64,000 nucleotides of DNA from Bacteroidota bacterium (lineage in GTDB: Bacteria > Bacteroidota > Bacteroidia > Flavobacteriales_D > Crocinitomicaceae): the NCBI GenBank assembly GCA_006226425.1, contig SBGX01000023.1, forward strand, positions 7,603 to 71,602, given 5' to 3'. Made by a program: the position numbers and the translations under genes. Of the stretch, positions 10,748 to 20,780 are shown in pieces (position 1 is the stretch's first letter; each line of letters begins with the position of its first letter). Under the pieces are notes generated by a model that saw only the letters and a program-made list of their open reading frames with translations, was not told where the DNA came from and made no database searches.

Positions 10748-11947
10748 ATGCAGCAATTGACATTGATCATCAAAACACTTTACGGAATGGAGGAAGTCCT
10801 GCGTGAAGAATTAGAAGAATTGGGCTACGGAGAGGTAAAGATGTTGAATCGGGCCGTGGAAATTCAGGGAAGTTGGAAAGATGTCTATTTTTTGAATCTG
10901 CATCTTCGTTGTGCACTGGCGGTGTTGGTGAAGGTCAAAGAATTCTGGATCAAGGAAGAAAAAGACCTGTATAAGCAGGCCATGAAGATTAATTGGACTG
11001 ATTATTTTGACGTGGATAAGAGCTTTGCTGTCAAGGGAGCTGTATTTTCTCAGGTTTTTTCCCATTCTCAGTATCCCTACCTGTTAGTCAAAGATGCGAT
11101 TGTTGACACTTTCAGAGAGGCTTGCGGTGAACGTCCAGATGTTTCAGTGAAGAATCCACAGGTATTATTTGATTTGCATATCAAAGAGAAGGAGGTGACC
11201 ATTTCGTTGAACACGAGTGGATTGCCATTATATATGAGGGGCTACCGTCAGGAAACCGGAACAGCTCCCCTGAATGAAGTATTGGCTGCCGGAATGATTC
11301 GGATGAGTAAGTGGGATCGAAAAACGCCTTTTGTGGATCCTTTTTGTGGATCAGGGACCTTATTGATTGAGGCGGCGTTTTTGGCGACTGGAATTCCGTC
11401 TTGTATCGAAAGACAACATTTTGCCTTTAAAAATTTCAAAAGCTTTGACGAGGAAGTATGGGAAGAGTTACAGACGAATGTTCGTCGAAAAATTCGAAAC
11501 TGGACTCCAGAACAATTGGGCTTTAAGCTGATTGGTTCCGATTTGTCGGAACAAATGGTTCTGAAAACAAAAAGAAACCTTCGGGGCTTGCCGATCGCAC
11601 GATTGATCAGTTTGTCTGTGGGAAGTTTTGAAGAGTTAAAGCTAGATCAGGAAAAACCAGGAATCTTGTTGAGTAATCCACCCTACGGAAAGCGTTTGGG
11701 GAGTGGAGAACGAGACGAAGAAATTGAGGAACTTTATGGAAGATTAGGCGACTGGTTTAAGCAGGAGCTGAGTGGGTTTAATTGCTGGATTATTTCATCC
11801 AATTTGGACGCCTTGAAGTGCATTGGTTTAAAACCAAGTACGAAAATAAAATTGTTTAACGGGGATTTGGAATGTAGCTTCCGGAAATTTGAAATGTTCA
11901 GTGGGAGTAACCGCGAGTTCAAAACCCGACAAAATCAATCGAGTTAA
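10748..11947 (+). CDS. THUMP-domain class I SAM-dependent RNA methyltransferase (RlmL/RlmK-like)
   Basis: THUMP N-terminal region, a DPFCGSGTLLIEAA SAM-binding motif and an NPPYGKRLG catalytic motif. I placed the start at the Met at 10748 (MQQLTLIIKTLYGMEEV). The 37-codon upstream extension in the ORF track looks non-coding and would otherwise consume the divergent promoter region. Confidence 0.8.
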   Translation: MQQLTLIIKTLYGMEEVLREELEELGYGEVKMLNRAVEIQGSWKDVYFLNLHLRCALAVLVKVKEFWIKEEKDLYKQAMKINWTDYFDVDKSFAVKGAVFSQVFSHSQYPYLLVKDAIVDTFREACGERPDVSVKNPQVLFDLHIKEKEVTISLNTSGLPLYMRGYRQETGTAPLNEVLAAGMIRMSKWDRKTPFVDPFCGSGTLLIEAAFLATGIPSCIERQHFAFKNFKSFDEEVWEELQTNVRRKIRNWTPEQLGFKLIGSDLSEQMVLKTKRNLRGLPIARLISLSVGSFEELKLDQEKPGILLSNPPYGKRLGSGERDEEIEELYGRLGDWFKQELSGFNCWIISSNLDALKCIGLKPSTKIKLFNGDLECSFRKFEMFSGSNREFKTRQNQSS

Positions 11948-14136
11948 CGTTTGTATTTCGGTGCGATTAACTTAAAGAACTTCGGTTCCTGCATAGGGTG
12001 TTCGATCGAAATAAGCATCAATCCGTTGACTTCACCATCCAGTTTGATTTCTTTGCTTCCCTGATAGTAGACTTCATTGTAGAGCAGTTTTCCCGCAAGG
12101 TCGGTAATTCGAACGGTGGAATTTCGCTTAATTTCATGATTGAAACGAATGGTCGTCTGATCTGATAGAACATCCACTTTGACAGGCTGCATGTCCATTG
12201 AAGAAATTTCAGCTACAGCGATATCACTGAAAGAATATTCTCCGTTCATGTCCACTTGCTTGATCTTGAAGTAGCAAAGCGCTTCTGGAAGATCTTCCGC
12301 GAAAAAGGAATAGTGTTGTTCCGTGGACGAAACTCCCTGGCTTTTAACCTTCCCAAGTTGTTTGAAAGGAACTCCAGGCTCCGTAACATATTCGATCACA
12401 AAATAATCGTTCTCTCTTTCGGAGAGTGTTGACCAGTTGATCCAGGCAGAATTTCCTTTGGGTTCAATATTGAAATAACCCCACTCAACGGGTAAGACGA
12501 CTGCACAGTTGGCGAAATTTCCGTAACTCGGAGTTCCACCATTGTCAAAACTAACATAATCACCATCGGTTCCTGTATTGGAACTATTGGAGGTATAGGT
12601 CACATTATCTGTAGAGCTACCAAAGTCAATGCTGAGAGTTCTTGTTGCACCTGCGTTATTGGCAAAACGACCTCCACTATCGGTGGTGTTATTGGCGAAA
12701 ATAACGTAATAGGGACCTCCTCCGGGACATTCGGATGAAAAGTCAAAGGTCATCGTTGGATTTAGTCCTGTAAATACATACACAATGGCTCCAGCAGGAA
12801 TGGGGTTGGCATATTGGAATAAAGTACAACCGGCAAGTGTGTTCAGGCTGTTGATGTATGTTGCATTGTTCGTAAGCGTCTTGGAAGAGCAGCCAGAGTT
12901 ACAAAAAGTTCCTCCATTCGGAAAGTCAATAGAGATATCATCAATATCCAGGGCTGAAGCACCATTTTCAAAAATGACCAGTTCATCGAAACCTTCCGAA
13001 ACCGTACAGGCATTCACCAGAATAGATCTGATTTCCGGAGAGGCACAGGAAGTTGATGTTGTGAAAGTTGTTGTGGTAACCCCCGATGTTAGGTAGTTTT
13101 CCTCACAGTTTGGAATGGCTCCGTTGTATTCAAAAATCTTAAAGCAATAGGTTGTTCCAGGAGAAAGTCCAGTGACGATTGTCGATCCAGCGGCTCCGTT
13201 ATAAACGACATAATTCCCGGCACCAATGGTAGCTCCGGCACCAAAAGTGGCACTGGAAGAATAAGCATTTTGATCTGTTGGAGTTCCTGAGATAGGGCAG
13301 GAAGTGCTCATCAGAATGATCGCATTGGCTCCGTTTCCACCAGTAAAGTTAATTTGAGCCGATGAACACCCTGGGGAAACCGAAATTCCAGAAGCATTGG
13401 TTGTAGGTTGAGTTGCTGGCGAGCAGGAAGCCGTACAGGTTGCAATGAGTTCTACGTCATCGATGCTCCATCGTTCACCGGAAGAGTTGTTCAACATGGT
13501 AATCCTGATCCGGGCTTGTGTACAAGAATTGGGGAGGTCAATGCGCACTTTCGAATAACCGTCTGTCGTTCGCGTTCCACCACCTGCCGGTTGAAAGTTT
13601 GTCGGTGAATTGTCCCCATCATAAGTGACGGTGGCGCTTCCAGAAGCTGAATAGTTCCAATTGGCGTTGCTGTTTCCCTGGATGGTTGCTTCACGAGACC
13701 AGGTAGACCCTCCATCCAATGAAATTTCAACAGTTACCACATCTGCGGCATCCATTCCGTTTCCGGTTGAACTGATCGACCAGGCTGCGAGGTCAAACTG
13801 AAAATATTTGTCGGTACATAAACCTAAACTCGAATTGTTTGAAAAGGTGAGGACTGAAGTACCGTTTCTCACTGCCCATGCCGTTGTTCCCGAAGTGAAG
13901 TAAGGAGAAGAAGCTGGGCGGTCACCGGTTCCGGTACTTCCTGTGATCGTCGCACCTCCCGAACTGGTGAAGGTCATTGTTGGAGTTCCGGCCGGAGATT
14001 CAAAGTCCTGTATAGACACTATGGTTCCCGCTGCAAGTAGGGAAGATTCCATCGTAGTAGATAACCACATAAGAGAGACTATCAGCGAAAGTTTGATAAT
14101 CTTCCATGGGTTAACCATGTTTTTAGTGCCTGACAT
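11944..14136 (-). CDS. Secreted Ser/Thr/Gly-rich surface protein with FN3-like and lamin-tail-like (LTD) domains; probable T9SS cargo
   Basis: Signal peptide. Has an LTD-like segment (ILVNACTVSEGFDELVIFENGASALDIDDISIDF) and an FN3-like segment (GLSPGTTYCFKIFEYNG). The C-terminal ~80 aa resembles a T9SS sorting domain but is less canonical than in the other cargo proteins. Confidence 0.55.
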   Translation of the reverse strand: MSGTKNMVNPWKIIKLSLIVSLMWLSTTMESSLLAAGTIVSIQDFESPAGTPTMTFTSSGGATITGSTGTGDRPASSPYFTSGTTAWAVRNGTSVLTFSNNSSLGLCTDKYFQFDLAAWSISSTGNGMDAADVVTVEISLDGGSTWSREATIQGNSNANWNYSASGSATVTYDGDNSPTNFQPAGGGTRTTDGYSKVRIDLPNSCTQARIRITMLNNSSGERWSIDDVELIATCTASCSPATQPTTNASGISVSPGCSSAQINFTGGNGANAIILMSTSCPISGTPTDQNAYSSSATFGAGATIGAGNYVVYNGAAGSTIVTGLSPGTTYCFKIFEYNGAIPNCEENYLTSGVTTTTFTTSTSCASPEIRSILVNACTVSEGFDELVIFENGASALDIDDISIDFPNGGTFCNSGCSSKTLTNNATYINSLNTLAGCTLFQYANPIPAGAIVYVFTGLNPTMTFDFSSECPGGGPYYVIFANNTTDSGGRFANNAGATRTLSIDFGSSTDNVTYTSNSSNTGTDGDYVSFDNGGTPSYGNFANCAVVLPVEWGYFNIEPKGNSAWINWSTLSERENDYFVIEYVTEPGVPFKQLGKVKSQGVSSTEQHYSFFAEDLPEALCYFKIKQVDMNGEYSFSDIAVAEISSMDMQPVKVDVLSDQTTIRFNHEIKRNSTVRITDLAGKLLYNEVYYQGSKEIKLDGEVNGLMLISIEHPMQEPKFFKLIAPKYKR

Positions 14137-14464
14137 TGTCTACTAATTTCTTAGGTACTCAGAGCCCAATTCACTCCATCCTAATTATAACAAATGTATG
14201 ACAAAAATAGCTATTTACCAAGTAATTACGCCTTTTCGAGGTGAAGTTGGAGTTAAGTTTTCATGAATAAAAAGGAAATAAAAAATGGCGACTTTTGGAC
14301 TAAAACGGTTTAAATCTAGACAGACAGAATCTTATGCAAGACGAATATTCCAAACCTGGGTTAGATAGAAAAAATATCAATAGTTTTTAACAACAAAAAG
14401 GCAAAACCGATTAAGTGTATTCAGATATTTAAATTAAAAAAGTCGATTTCTTCTACATGCGAGA

Positions 14465-14493
14465 CAAAAAAACGGTGACCAATGGCCACCGTT
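14465..14493 (-). terminator. Rho-independent terminator of gltA
   Basis: Hairpin CGGTGACCA-aat-GGCCACCG sits directly downstream of the gltA stop. It is followed on the minus strand by a T7 run. Confidence 0.6.
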
Positions 14494-14514
14494 CAAGATA
14501 TCTAATTGAGTCCG

Positions 14515-15801
14515 TTAGCGCTTTTCTAGCTCAACAAACTCACGTTTCACAATTCCTGTATAAATCTGTCTTGGACGACCAATAGGCTCTTTGTTCTCAG
14601 TCATTTCTTTCCATTGGGCTACCCATCCAGGAAGACGTCCGAGAGCAAACATAACGGTGAACATTTCGGTTGGAATCCCCAAAGCTCTGTAAATGATTCC
14701 TGAGTAAAAATCGACATTTGGATACAAATTTCTGTCTTTGAAGTATTCATCTTCCAAAGCGACTTTCTCCAGTTTTTTGGCAATATCCAGAAGTGGATCC
14801 TCAATATTCAATTTGTCGAGAACATCGTCACATGCTTTTTTGATGATTCGTGCTCTTGGATCAAAGTTTTTATAAACGCGGTGTCCAAAGCCCATCAAAC
14901 GGAATGAATCATCTTTGTCTTTCGCCTTCTCAACCCATTTATCAATATCTCCTCCGTCCTGATGGATGCGCTCCAGCATTTCAATGACGGCCTGGTTTGC
15001 TCCTCCGTGAAGAGGACCCCAAAGTGCGGAAATTCCAGCTGAAATGGATGCAAAAAGGTTTGCCTGCGATGAACCTACGATTCGAACTGTTGATGTTGAA
15101 CAGTTTTGTTCATGATCTGCATGTAAGATCAATAATTTATTTAGTGCATTGACAACTACCGGATCAACTTTATACTCTTCCGTTGGCATGGCAAACATCA
15201 TGTGGAGGAAGTTCTCGCAATAGTCGAAATCATTTTTCGGATACATGAACGGATGACGCATGGCGTTTTTGTACGACCAGGCAGCCAGGGTTGGCAACTT
15301 GGCAATCAGACGCATCATGGTCAAATCCTTTGCTTCATGACTTCTGTTCGGGTCAAGTGACTCTGGATAGAATGTAGACAATGAGCAAACCATTGAGGAA
15401 AGAACTCCCATAGGGTGTGCTTTCGCCGGGTAAGCTTCAAAAAACTGTTTCATATCCTCATGCACCAAGGTGTGTTTGGTGATAGTCGCTGTGAAAACAT
15501 CCAATTCCGATTTGTTCGGAAGGTCACCGTAAATGAGCAGGTAAGCAACTTCCAGGAAAGTAGCTTTTTCCGCCAAATCTTCAATGCTATACCCCCGATA
15601 TTTTAAAATTCCTTCTTCTCCATTCAGGAAAGTGATGGAACTCGTAGTTGCACCAGTGTTTTTATATCCTGGATCCAGGGTGATATAGCCCGTACTTGAA
15701 CGGAGTTTTGAAATGTCTATCGCTTTTTCGTTTTCTGTTCCGGTAACGACTGGGAATTCGTACTGTTTTCCTTCAATTTCAATTTTGGCTATCTCGCTCA
15801 T
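14515..15801 (-). CDS. gltA: Citrate synthase
   Basis: 428 aa with full-length similarity to type II citrate synthase, including the catalytic His/Asp context (GFGHRVYKNFDPRA). Confidence 0.9.
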   Translation of the reverse strand: MSEIAKIEIEGKQYEFPVVTGTENEKAIDISKLRSSTGYITLDPGYKNTGATTSSITFLNGEEGILKYRGYSIEDLAEKATFLEVAYLLIYGDLPNKSELDVFTATITKHTLVHEDMKQFFEAYPAKAHPMGVLSSMVCSLSTFYPESLDPNRSHEAKDLTMMRLIAKLPTLAAWSYKNAMRHPFMYPKNDFDYCENFLHMMFAMPTEEYKVDPVVVNALNKLLILHADHEQNCSTSTVRIVGSSQANLFASISAGISALWGPLHGGANQAVIEMLERIHQDGGDIDKWVEKAKDKDDSFRLMGFGHRVYKNFDPRARIIKKACDDVLDKLNIEDPLLDIAKKLEKVALEDEYFKDRNLYPNVDFYSGIIYRALGIPTEMFTVMFALGRLPGWVAQWKEMTENKEPIGRPRQIYTGIVKREFVELEKR

Positions 15802-15932
15802 TTGACCTGACTATAAATGTATTAGTTATTCGGCTTCTAAATTAGTAAAGAAATTTATTATACGCTCTATTTGTCGTTGAAAAAAATGATGTCACGATTT
15901 GATTTCTAAAACTCTGGCTAAGCCGCTCTTCC

Positions 15933-18122
15933 TTAAAGATTTTGAAGGGTGTAATTTAACATCATGTTAAACAAATGATTACGTGTGTTTCCGCCGTATA
16001 TTCCATGGTTTTTATTCGGGTAAATAAACAAGTCAAACTGAACGTTTGCTTCCGTTAAAGCACGCACCATTTCCATGGTGTTTTGAAAATGGACGTTGTC
16101 ATCGGCGGAACCATGAATTAACAGGTATTTTCCCTTCATTTTTTTGACGTGATTGATCGGAGAATTGTCATCGTAACCGGCTGCATTTTCTTGTGGCGTG
16201 CGCATAAATCGTTCTGTGTAAATGTTGTCGTAATAGCGCCAGTTGGTAACCGGAGCAACCGCAATACCCATCTTAAAGTATTCTGCTCCCTTCGTCATCG
16301 CCAATGAAGTCATGTAGCCTCCGTAACTCCATCCTTGAATTCCAATGCGTTTTGCATCCACGTATGGAAGTTTAGCTAGGTACTTGGCCGAAGCGATTAG
16401 GTCTTCTGTTTCGAGCTTTCCTAACTGCTGATATGTGGAGTTCTTGAATTTGGTGCCGCGATACATCGTTCCCCGTGGGTCAACACTAACCACGATATAT
16501 CCTTTTTGCGCTAGCAGCTGATGATACATGTAGTTGCTTCCTCCAAATTGATCCTGGACAGTATTGGACCCTGGGCCACAATAAATCATCATATAGACCG
16601 GATACTTTTTGTTGGGGTCAAAATTGGGAGGTTTGATCATCCAGGCGTTTAACTGTTCTGTCGCCCCCTGAAATGTGGTAAACTCTTTTTCGGAAAGTTG
16701 ATACTCGGACAGACGCTTTTTCAGCTTGGCGTTATCTTCCAGTGTCATCAGTTCTTTTCCATCAGCCTGACATAAAGTGTACACCGGAGGTGTATTTGCG
16801 CTTGAATGGGATTTCATGAAATATTTCATCCCAGTTGAGAATTCAGCATTGTTGTAACCACTTTCATCACTAATTGCTTCCTTTTTCTTTCCGTTGGTGT
16901 TGATGCGGTATATGCCTTTATGAATCGGTGCTTTTTCTGCCGCCGAATAGTAAATGTAACCTTTGGATTCGTCCACGCCATAGAATTCAATAACATCCCA
17001 TGAACCGGTGGTAATTTGCTTGTTTGTCCCATCGAATCCAACCTGGTGGATATGTCGATATCCGGAAGATTCGCTAACGCGTAATAGAGCATCTTCTTTC
17101 TCAAGAATAATCAGATTGTCATCAATTTCGACGTAAGTTTCGCTTTCTTCTTCAAAGAACATTTTGACCGCCATTTGGTCATTCTTCGTAACATCCACTT
17201 GATGATAACGAATTTGGTTCTGGTGTCTGTTAAGAGTTTGTACGATCAGATGATTCTTTTCTGATGCCCAATTAAGTCGGGGGATGTATTCGTATTTTCC
17301 CAACTGGACGTCCCGGTGTTCGTTTTTCTCCAATAGAAATAGATGGCAACTAACTTTTGAGTTCGCTTCACCAGCTTTAGGGTATTTAAAAGTGTATTGA
17401 TCGGGATAGAGGCTCCCGTAAATCGCCATTTGAAATTCTTTGACCTTTGATTCGTCGAAACGAAGGTAAGCTAGATAGCGGCTATCAGGAGACCAGCAAA
17501 AGCCCTTTATAATAGCAAATTCCTCTTCGTAAACCCAATCTGTTGTTCCATTGATAATTTCATTTCTTTTTCCGTCCGTGGTAACCTGCATGATCTTGTT
17601 TGCCTCGAGATCTTTGATGAACAGGTTGTTTCCCGAAACATAGGCTACTTTGCTGCCATCTGGAGAAAACTCAGCGAGGGTTTTGAGCTGATTTTTGGCA
17701 TCCAGTTCGCTCAGCTTTTTGCTTTTCAAATCCAAAACAAAATAATCCGCTGAATAACTGTGTCTGTATATGGATTTGGTATTTGTCTGGATGAGCATTT
17801 TGCTTTCGTCCTTATTGAAGGAATATTCGTCGACTTCTATCCGAGTGCTTTTGTATTGCAGATCACTTGCTCCTACCAGTGTTTCTCCGGCATCATCCTG
17901 ATTAGATTTGAAGGCATGTTTTGTAATCGAAAAGTGGTTTCCGTTTCGATTAATTCGGGTGAAATGCTCACCATCATTCATGCTTCGAAATCCAGGGAAA
18001 CTTTTGGCATAGAAAAGATACTTTTTCCAGATGTCCTCTACGCTGACTTCTTTTCCGGATTGTGCCTGAAGGCTTTGATTTGCTGCTATAAATACCAGTA
18101 AAATGCAGACAATATTTTTCAT
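15933..18122 (-). CDS. S9 family dipeptidyl-peptidase IV-like serine peptidase
   Basis: 729 aa. Signal peptide, an N-terminal beta-propeller region and a C-terminal alpha/beta hydrolase with the GWSYGGY nucleophile motif. Confidence 0.85.
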   Translation of the reverse strand: MKNIVCILLVFIAANQSLQAQSGKEVSVEDIWKKYLFYAKSFPGFRSMNDGEHFTRINRNGNHFSITKHAFKSNQDDAGETLVGASDLQYKSTRIEVDEYSFNKDESKMLIQTNTKSIYRHSYSADYFVLDLKSKKLSELDAKNQLKTLAEFSPDGSKVAYVSGNNLFIKDLEANKIMQVTTDGKRNEIINGTTDWVYEEEFAIIKGFCWSPDSRYLAYLRFDESKVKEFQMAIYGSLYPDQYTFKYPKAGEANSKVSCHLFLLEKNEHRDVQLGKYEYIPRLNWASEKNHLIVQTLNRHQNQIRYHQVDVTKNDQMAVKMFFEEESETYVEIDDNLIILEKEDALLRVSESSGYRHIHQVGFDGTNKQITTGSWDVIEFYGVDESKGYIYYSAAEKAPIHKGIYRINTNGKKKEAISDESGYNNAEFSTGMKYFMKSHSSANTPPVYTLCQADGKELMTLEDNAKLKKRLSEYQLSEKEFTTFQGATEQLNAWMIKPPNFDPNKKYPVYMMIYCGPGSNTVQDQFGGSNYMYHQLLAQKGYIVVSVDPRGTMYRGTKFKNSTYQQLGKLETEDLIASAKYLAKLPYVDAKRIGIQGWSYGGYMTSLAMTKGAEYFKMGIAVAPVTNWRYYDNIYTERFMRTPQENAAGYDDNSPINHVKKMKGKYLLIHGSADDNVHFQNTMEMVRALTEANVQFDLFIYPNKNHGIYGGNTRNHLFNMMLNYTLQNL

Positions 18123-18172
18123 GGTTCCAATAAATTTTGGAATTAAAAATAACGAATATCTATGAAGTGGAC

Positions 18173-19399
18173 CTACTCCCGGATAATTTTATATTCCCGG
18201 AAGTTCCCGTTGATTTCCAATCTGAAAAAGTAAATTCCCGGACTGAAATGACTCAAGTCAATCTGACTTTCCCGATCATTCAACTCCTGATCAATCAACT
18301 CCTGACCAAAGATGTTACTCACCTTAATCTGACTAATTGGATAGTCTTTGCTCTTGATCTGAACGATGTTTTTACTCGGGTTCGGGAAAAGTTTTACATG
18401 GTCAAATTCCGGATTTTCGGAGACCCCTGCCGGCATATATTTGAATTTAGCCGTAATTGGAAGGTGATCCGAACCGTAGTGCAGTGCGTTGGCGACATCC
18501 TGACTGACGCTGCTATTTGGCATTTCGTTCACGGAATCATTATAATGTTGTCCATCATTCCCCACCGCCCAGGTAGAGTTATCTACGTATTCCAGTCCGC
18601 CTGGAAGGTCGATGCTGTGAGAATAGAGAATTAGGTCGAAGCGGTCGTCCATTCCACCGGTTACACCTCCTCCAAAAGATCTTTTTCGGGGAGATTGCGT
18701 GTGATGTTGTGCATAGGCTGGAGAATTCCATGTTCCAGGCATGACCAATGGGTCTACTACGTAACCGTTTTGTGTTCCATTGATGTTTTGGAGTAGGTTA
18801 TAGGCCGGCTCATCCGCCCCGTAAAAGTTGAAGTCTCCCACAATGAGGTAATCCTGGTCAACACTCAGTTTATCTGTTACTTTCCGCAATTGCTGAATTT
18901 CATAATTTCTTTGAAATCGATCGTTATCGGAGCTTCCCGCTTTGAGGTGAAGTCCATAGATTCGAAGCGTGTCTCCTGTTTCGATGCTTACCAGCTTAAA
19001 CTCATTAATGTCTCGAACATCTGTTGAGATCGGTGTATTACTAATGAATTTGAACTTATTTACCTTGTAGCAAATAGCCTGTACAAAATGCGTTGAATTG
19101 GGAATGTAATCTCCGGTTGCATAAAATCCGTTCAAGACCTGATTTCGAAAGAGGTTAAGAGCGGATTCTGAATTCAATTCCTCGAGAACCAAAATGTCCG
19201 GATCAACACTTTCTACTACGGTTTTGAAATAACCCACACGGTCTGAGTCCGTGCTTTGAAAATTAAGGATGTTGTAGGCCATAACCGTAAACTCCTGTTG
19301 AGCAATGGAAGGAACGAAAATGAGATTAGAAATAACAAATAAGGGAAGTAGTTTTTTTAGCATAATCGTTTTTTTTTCGGATGACTGCAACCCTCGCAA
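18173..19399 (-). CDS. Secreted endonuclease/exonuclease/phosphatase (EEP) family protein with T9SS C-terminal domain
   Basis: Signal peptide and EEP motifs (AYNILNF, LVLEELN, GDFNF, SDHLPI). The canonical type-A T9SS CTD runs LFPNPSKNIVQIKS...GIYFFRLEINGNFREYKIIRE. Confidence 0.75.
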   Translation of the reverse strand: MRGLQSSEKKTIMLKKLLPLFVISNLIFVPSIAQQEFTVMAYNILNFQSTDSDRVGYFKTVVESVDPDILVLEELNSESALNLFRNQVLNGFYATGDYIPNSTHFVQAICYKVNKFKFISNTPISTDVRDINEFKLVSIETGDTLRIYGLHLKAGSSDNDRFQRNYEIQQLRKVTDKLSVDQDYLIVGDFNFYGADEPAYNLLQNINGTQNGYVVDPLVMPGTWNSPAYAQHHTQSPRKRSFGGGVTGGMDDRFDLILYSHSIDLPGGLEYVDNSTWAVGNDGQHYNDSVNEMPNSSVSQDVANALHYGSDHLPITAKFKYMPAGVSENPEFDHVKLFPNPSKNIVQIKSKDYPISQIKVSNIFGQELIDQELNDRESQIDLSHFSPGIYFFRLEINGNFREYKIIRE

Positions 19400-19435
19400 T
19401 CCCGATGTGTGTATATTATATATAGTGAGTTATGG

Positions 19436-20506
19436 TTATTTTTTTTCCTTGACCAATACCACATATACTGGGAAGTGGTCACTAAATCCTCCGGTGTAAA
19501 TGCCTCCAGAGAAGGTACGCATCGGATATCCTTTGTAGCGTCCTTCAGGCTGCATCAGGTATGTTTTATTAAACACCCGGGCACCGTAAAAACGGAAGGA
19601 ACTATAGTCTTTTTTCATAAAGTCATTGCTGAGCATCGTTTGATCAAAGAGGTTCCAGTTATCCCGGTAGGCCAATGAACCAATTCCCCGGCGATACATT
19701 TCTTGCATGGGGTTGTACATTCGTCCACTCACGGTGTCATTTTTATCTGTGGTGGTTTTAATATGCCTTCTTACGGATGCATTGGTGGGGTCATCATTCA
19801 GGTCACCCATGTAAATGATCTTGGCAGTTGGATCAACCTCGTAAAGGGAGTCGATGATTTGACGTCCTAATTTGGCGGCGGCAATTCGTTTGGGAGCACT
19901 TCTTTTTTCTCCACCTCTTCGGGACGGCCAGTGCCCAACGATGATATGCACAGGTTCGCCATCTAACAAGCCTGATACAACCAGTTGATCACGAGTGTAA
20001 AAGTCGGGTTCCCCTTCGATTTTCAGTGTGACGGACTTACTATTTGTTACTTTGAAGTATTTGGGTTGATAAATCAGTCCAACATCCACCCCCCGTCGGT
20101 CCGGAGAATTGTAATGAACGATTCCGTAATTTCTTGCTTTCAGTTTTTCACTTTTGACCAGGTCTTCCACGACCTCCTTGTTTTCAATCTCAGAAATCCC
20201 CAGAATAGCTGGGCCGTCCGGGTTAACGTCCGTTCCAATTTCTGAAATGACTCGTGACATCTGGCCGATTTTCTCCCAATAGCGCTCAGAAGTCCAGCCG
20301 TTTTTTCCTTCCGGGAGGTATTCTTCGTCACGGGTGTCTGGATTATCAATCGTATCAAAGAGGTTTTCCAGGTTGTAAAAGCCGACGATGGTGGTATAAT
20401 AATTCTTCTTGTTTTGTTGAGAAAATCCCTGAAAAGAACAGAGCGTAAATACCAAAAGAAAAATGCTATAACTGATTGATTTCATGAAGGTCATTGTTTC
20501 TAACAA
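19436..20506 (-). CDS. Secreted endonuclease/exonuclease/phosphatase (EEP) family protein
   Basis: Signal peptide (FQGFSQQ) and EEP motifs (GFYNLENLFD, LGISEIEN, GDLNDDP, SDHFPV). Confidence 0.75.
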   Translation of the reverse strand: MLETMTFMKSISYSIFLLVFTLCSFQGFSQQNKKNYYTTIVGFYNLENLFDTIDNPDTRDEEYLPEGKNGWTSERYWEKIGQMSRVISEIGTDVNPDGPAILGISEIENKEVVEDLVKSEKLKARNYGIVHYNSPDRRGVDVGLIYQPKYFKVTNSKSVTLKIEGEPDFYTRDQLVVSGLLDGEPVHIIVGHWPSRRGGEKRSAPKRIAAAKLGRQIIDSLYEVDPTAKIIYMGDLNDDPTNASVRRHIKTTTDKNDTVSGRMYNPMQEMYRRGIGSLAYRDNWNLFDQTMLSNDFMKKDYSSFRFYGARVFNKTYLMQPEGRYKGYPMRTFSGGIYTGGFSDHFPVYVVLVKEKK

Positions 20507-20580
20507 AAGTATGCAAAAAACGTGCTAAAGTGAAAAAAGCACCGATTTAAAGTTTTGTTAACATTGTTGATAAATCTTTC

Positions 20581-20606
20581 TTTAGAACGAAAAGCTCAGT
20601 TCTAAA
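20581..20606. promoter_or_regulatory. Perfect 8-bp inverted repeat TTTAGAAC-N10-GTTCTAAA in a divergent promoter region
   Basis: Read directly from the sequence. It lies 75 nt upstream of the EEP gene start (20506) and 175 nt upstream of the TonB-dependent-receptor-like gene (20781). Confidence 0.3.
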
Positions 20607-20780
20607 CCGTTTTATCCTGTGGGTAAAAAAAATAGGAGCCAACGTTTCGCTTTACAGCTACGTTAAGTTTATGAAAAATCTGTATTTTTAACCGGTTTAA
20701 GCTGTGATTTAATAGTATGTTTGCTGCGCATTTACAGTAGCTTTAGACTGAAAATATAACGGCTGCTTTTAGGAAAATAT

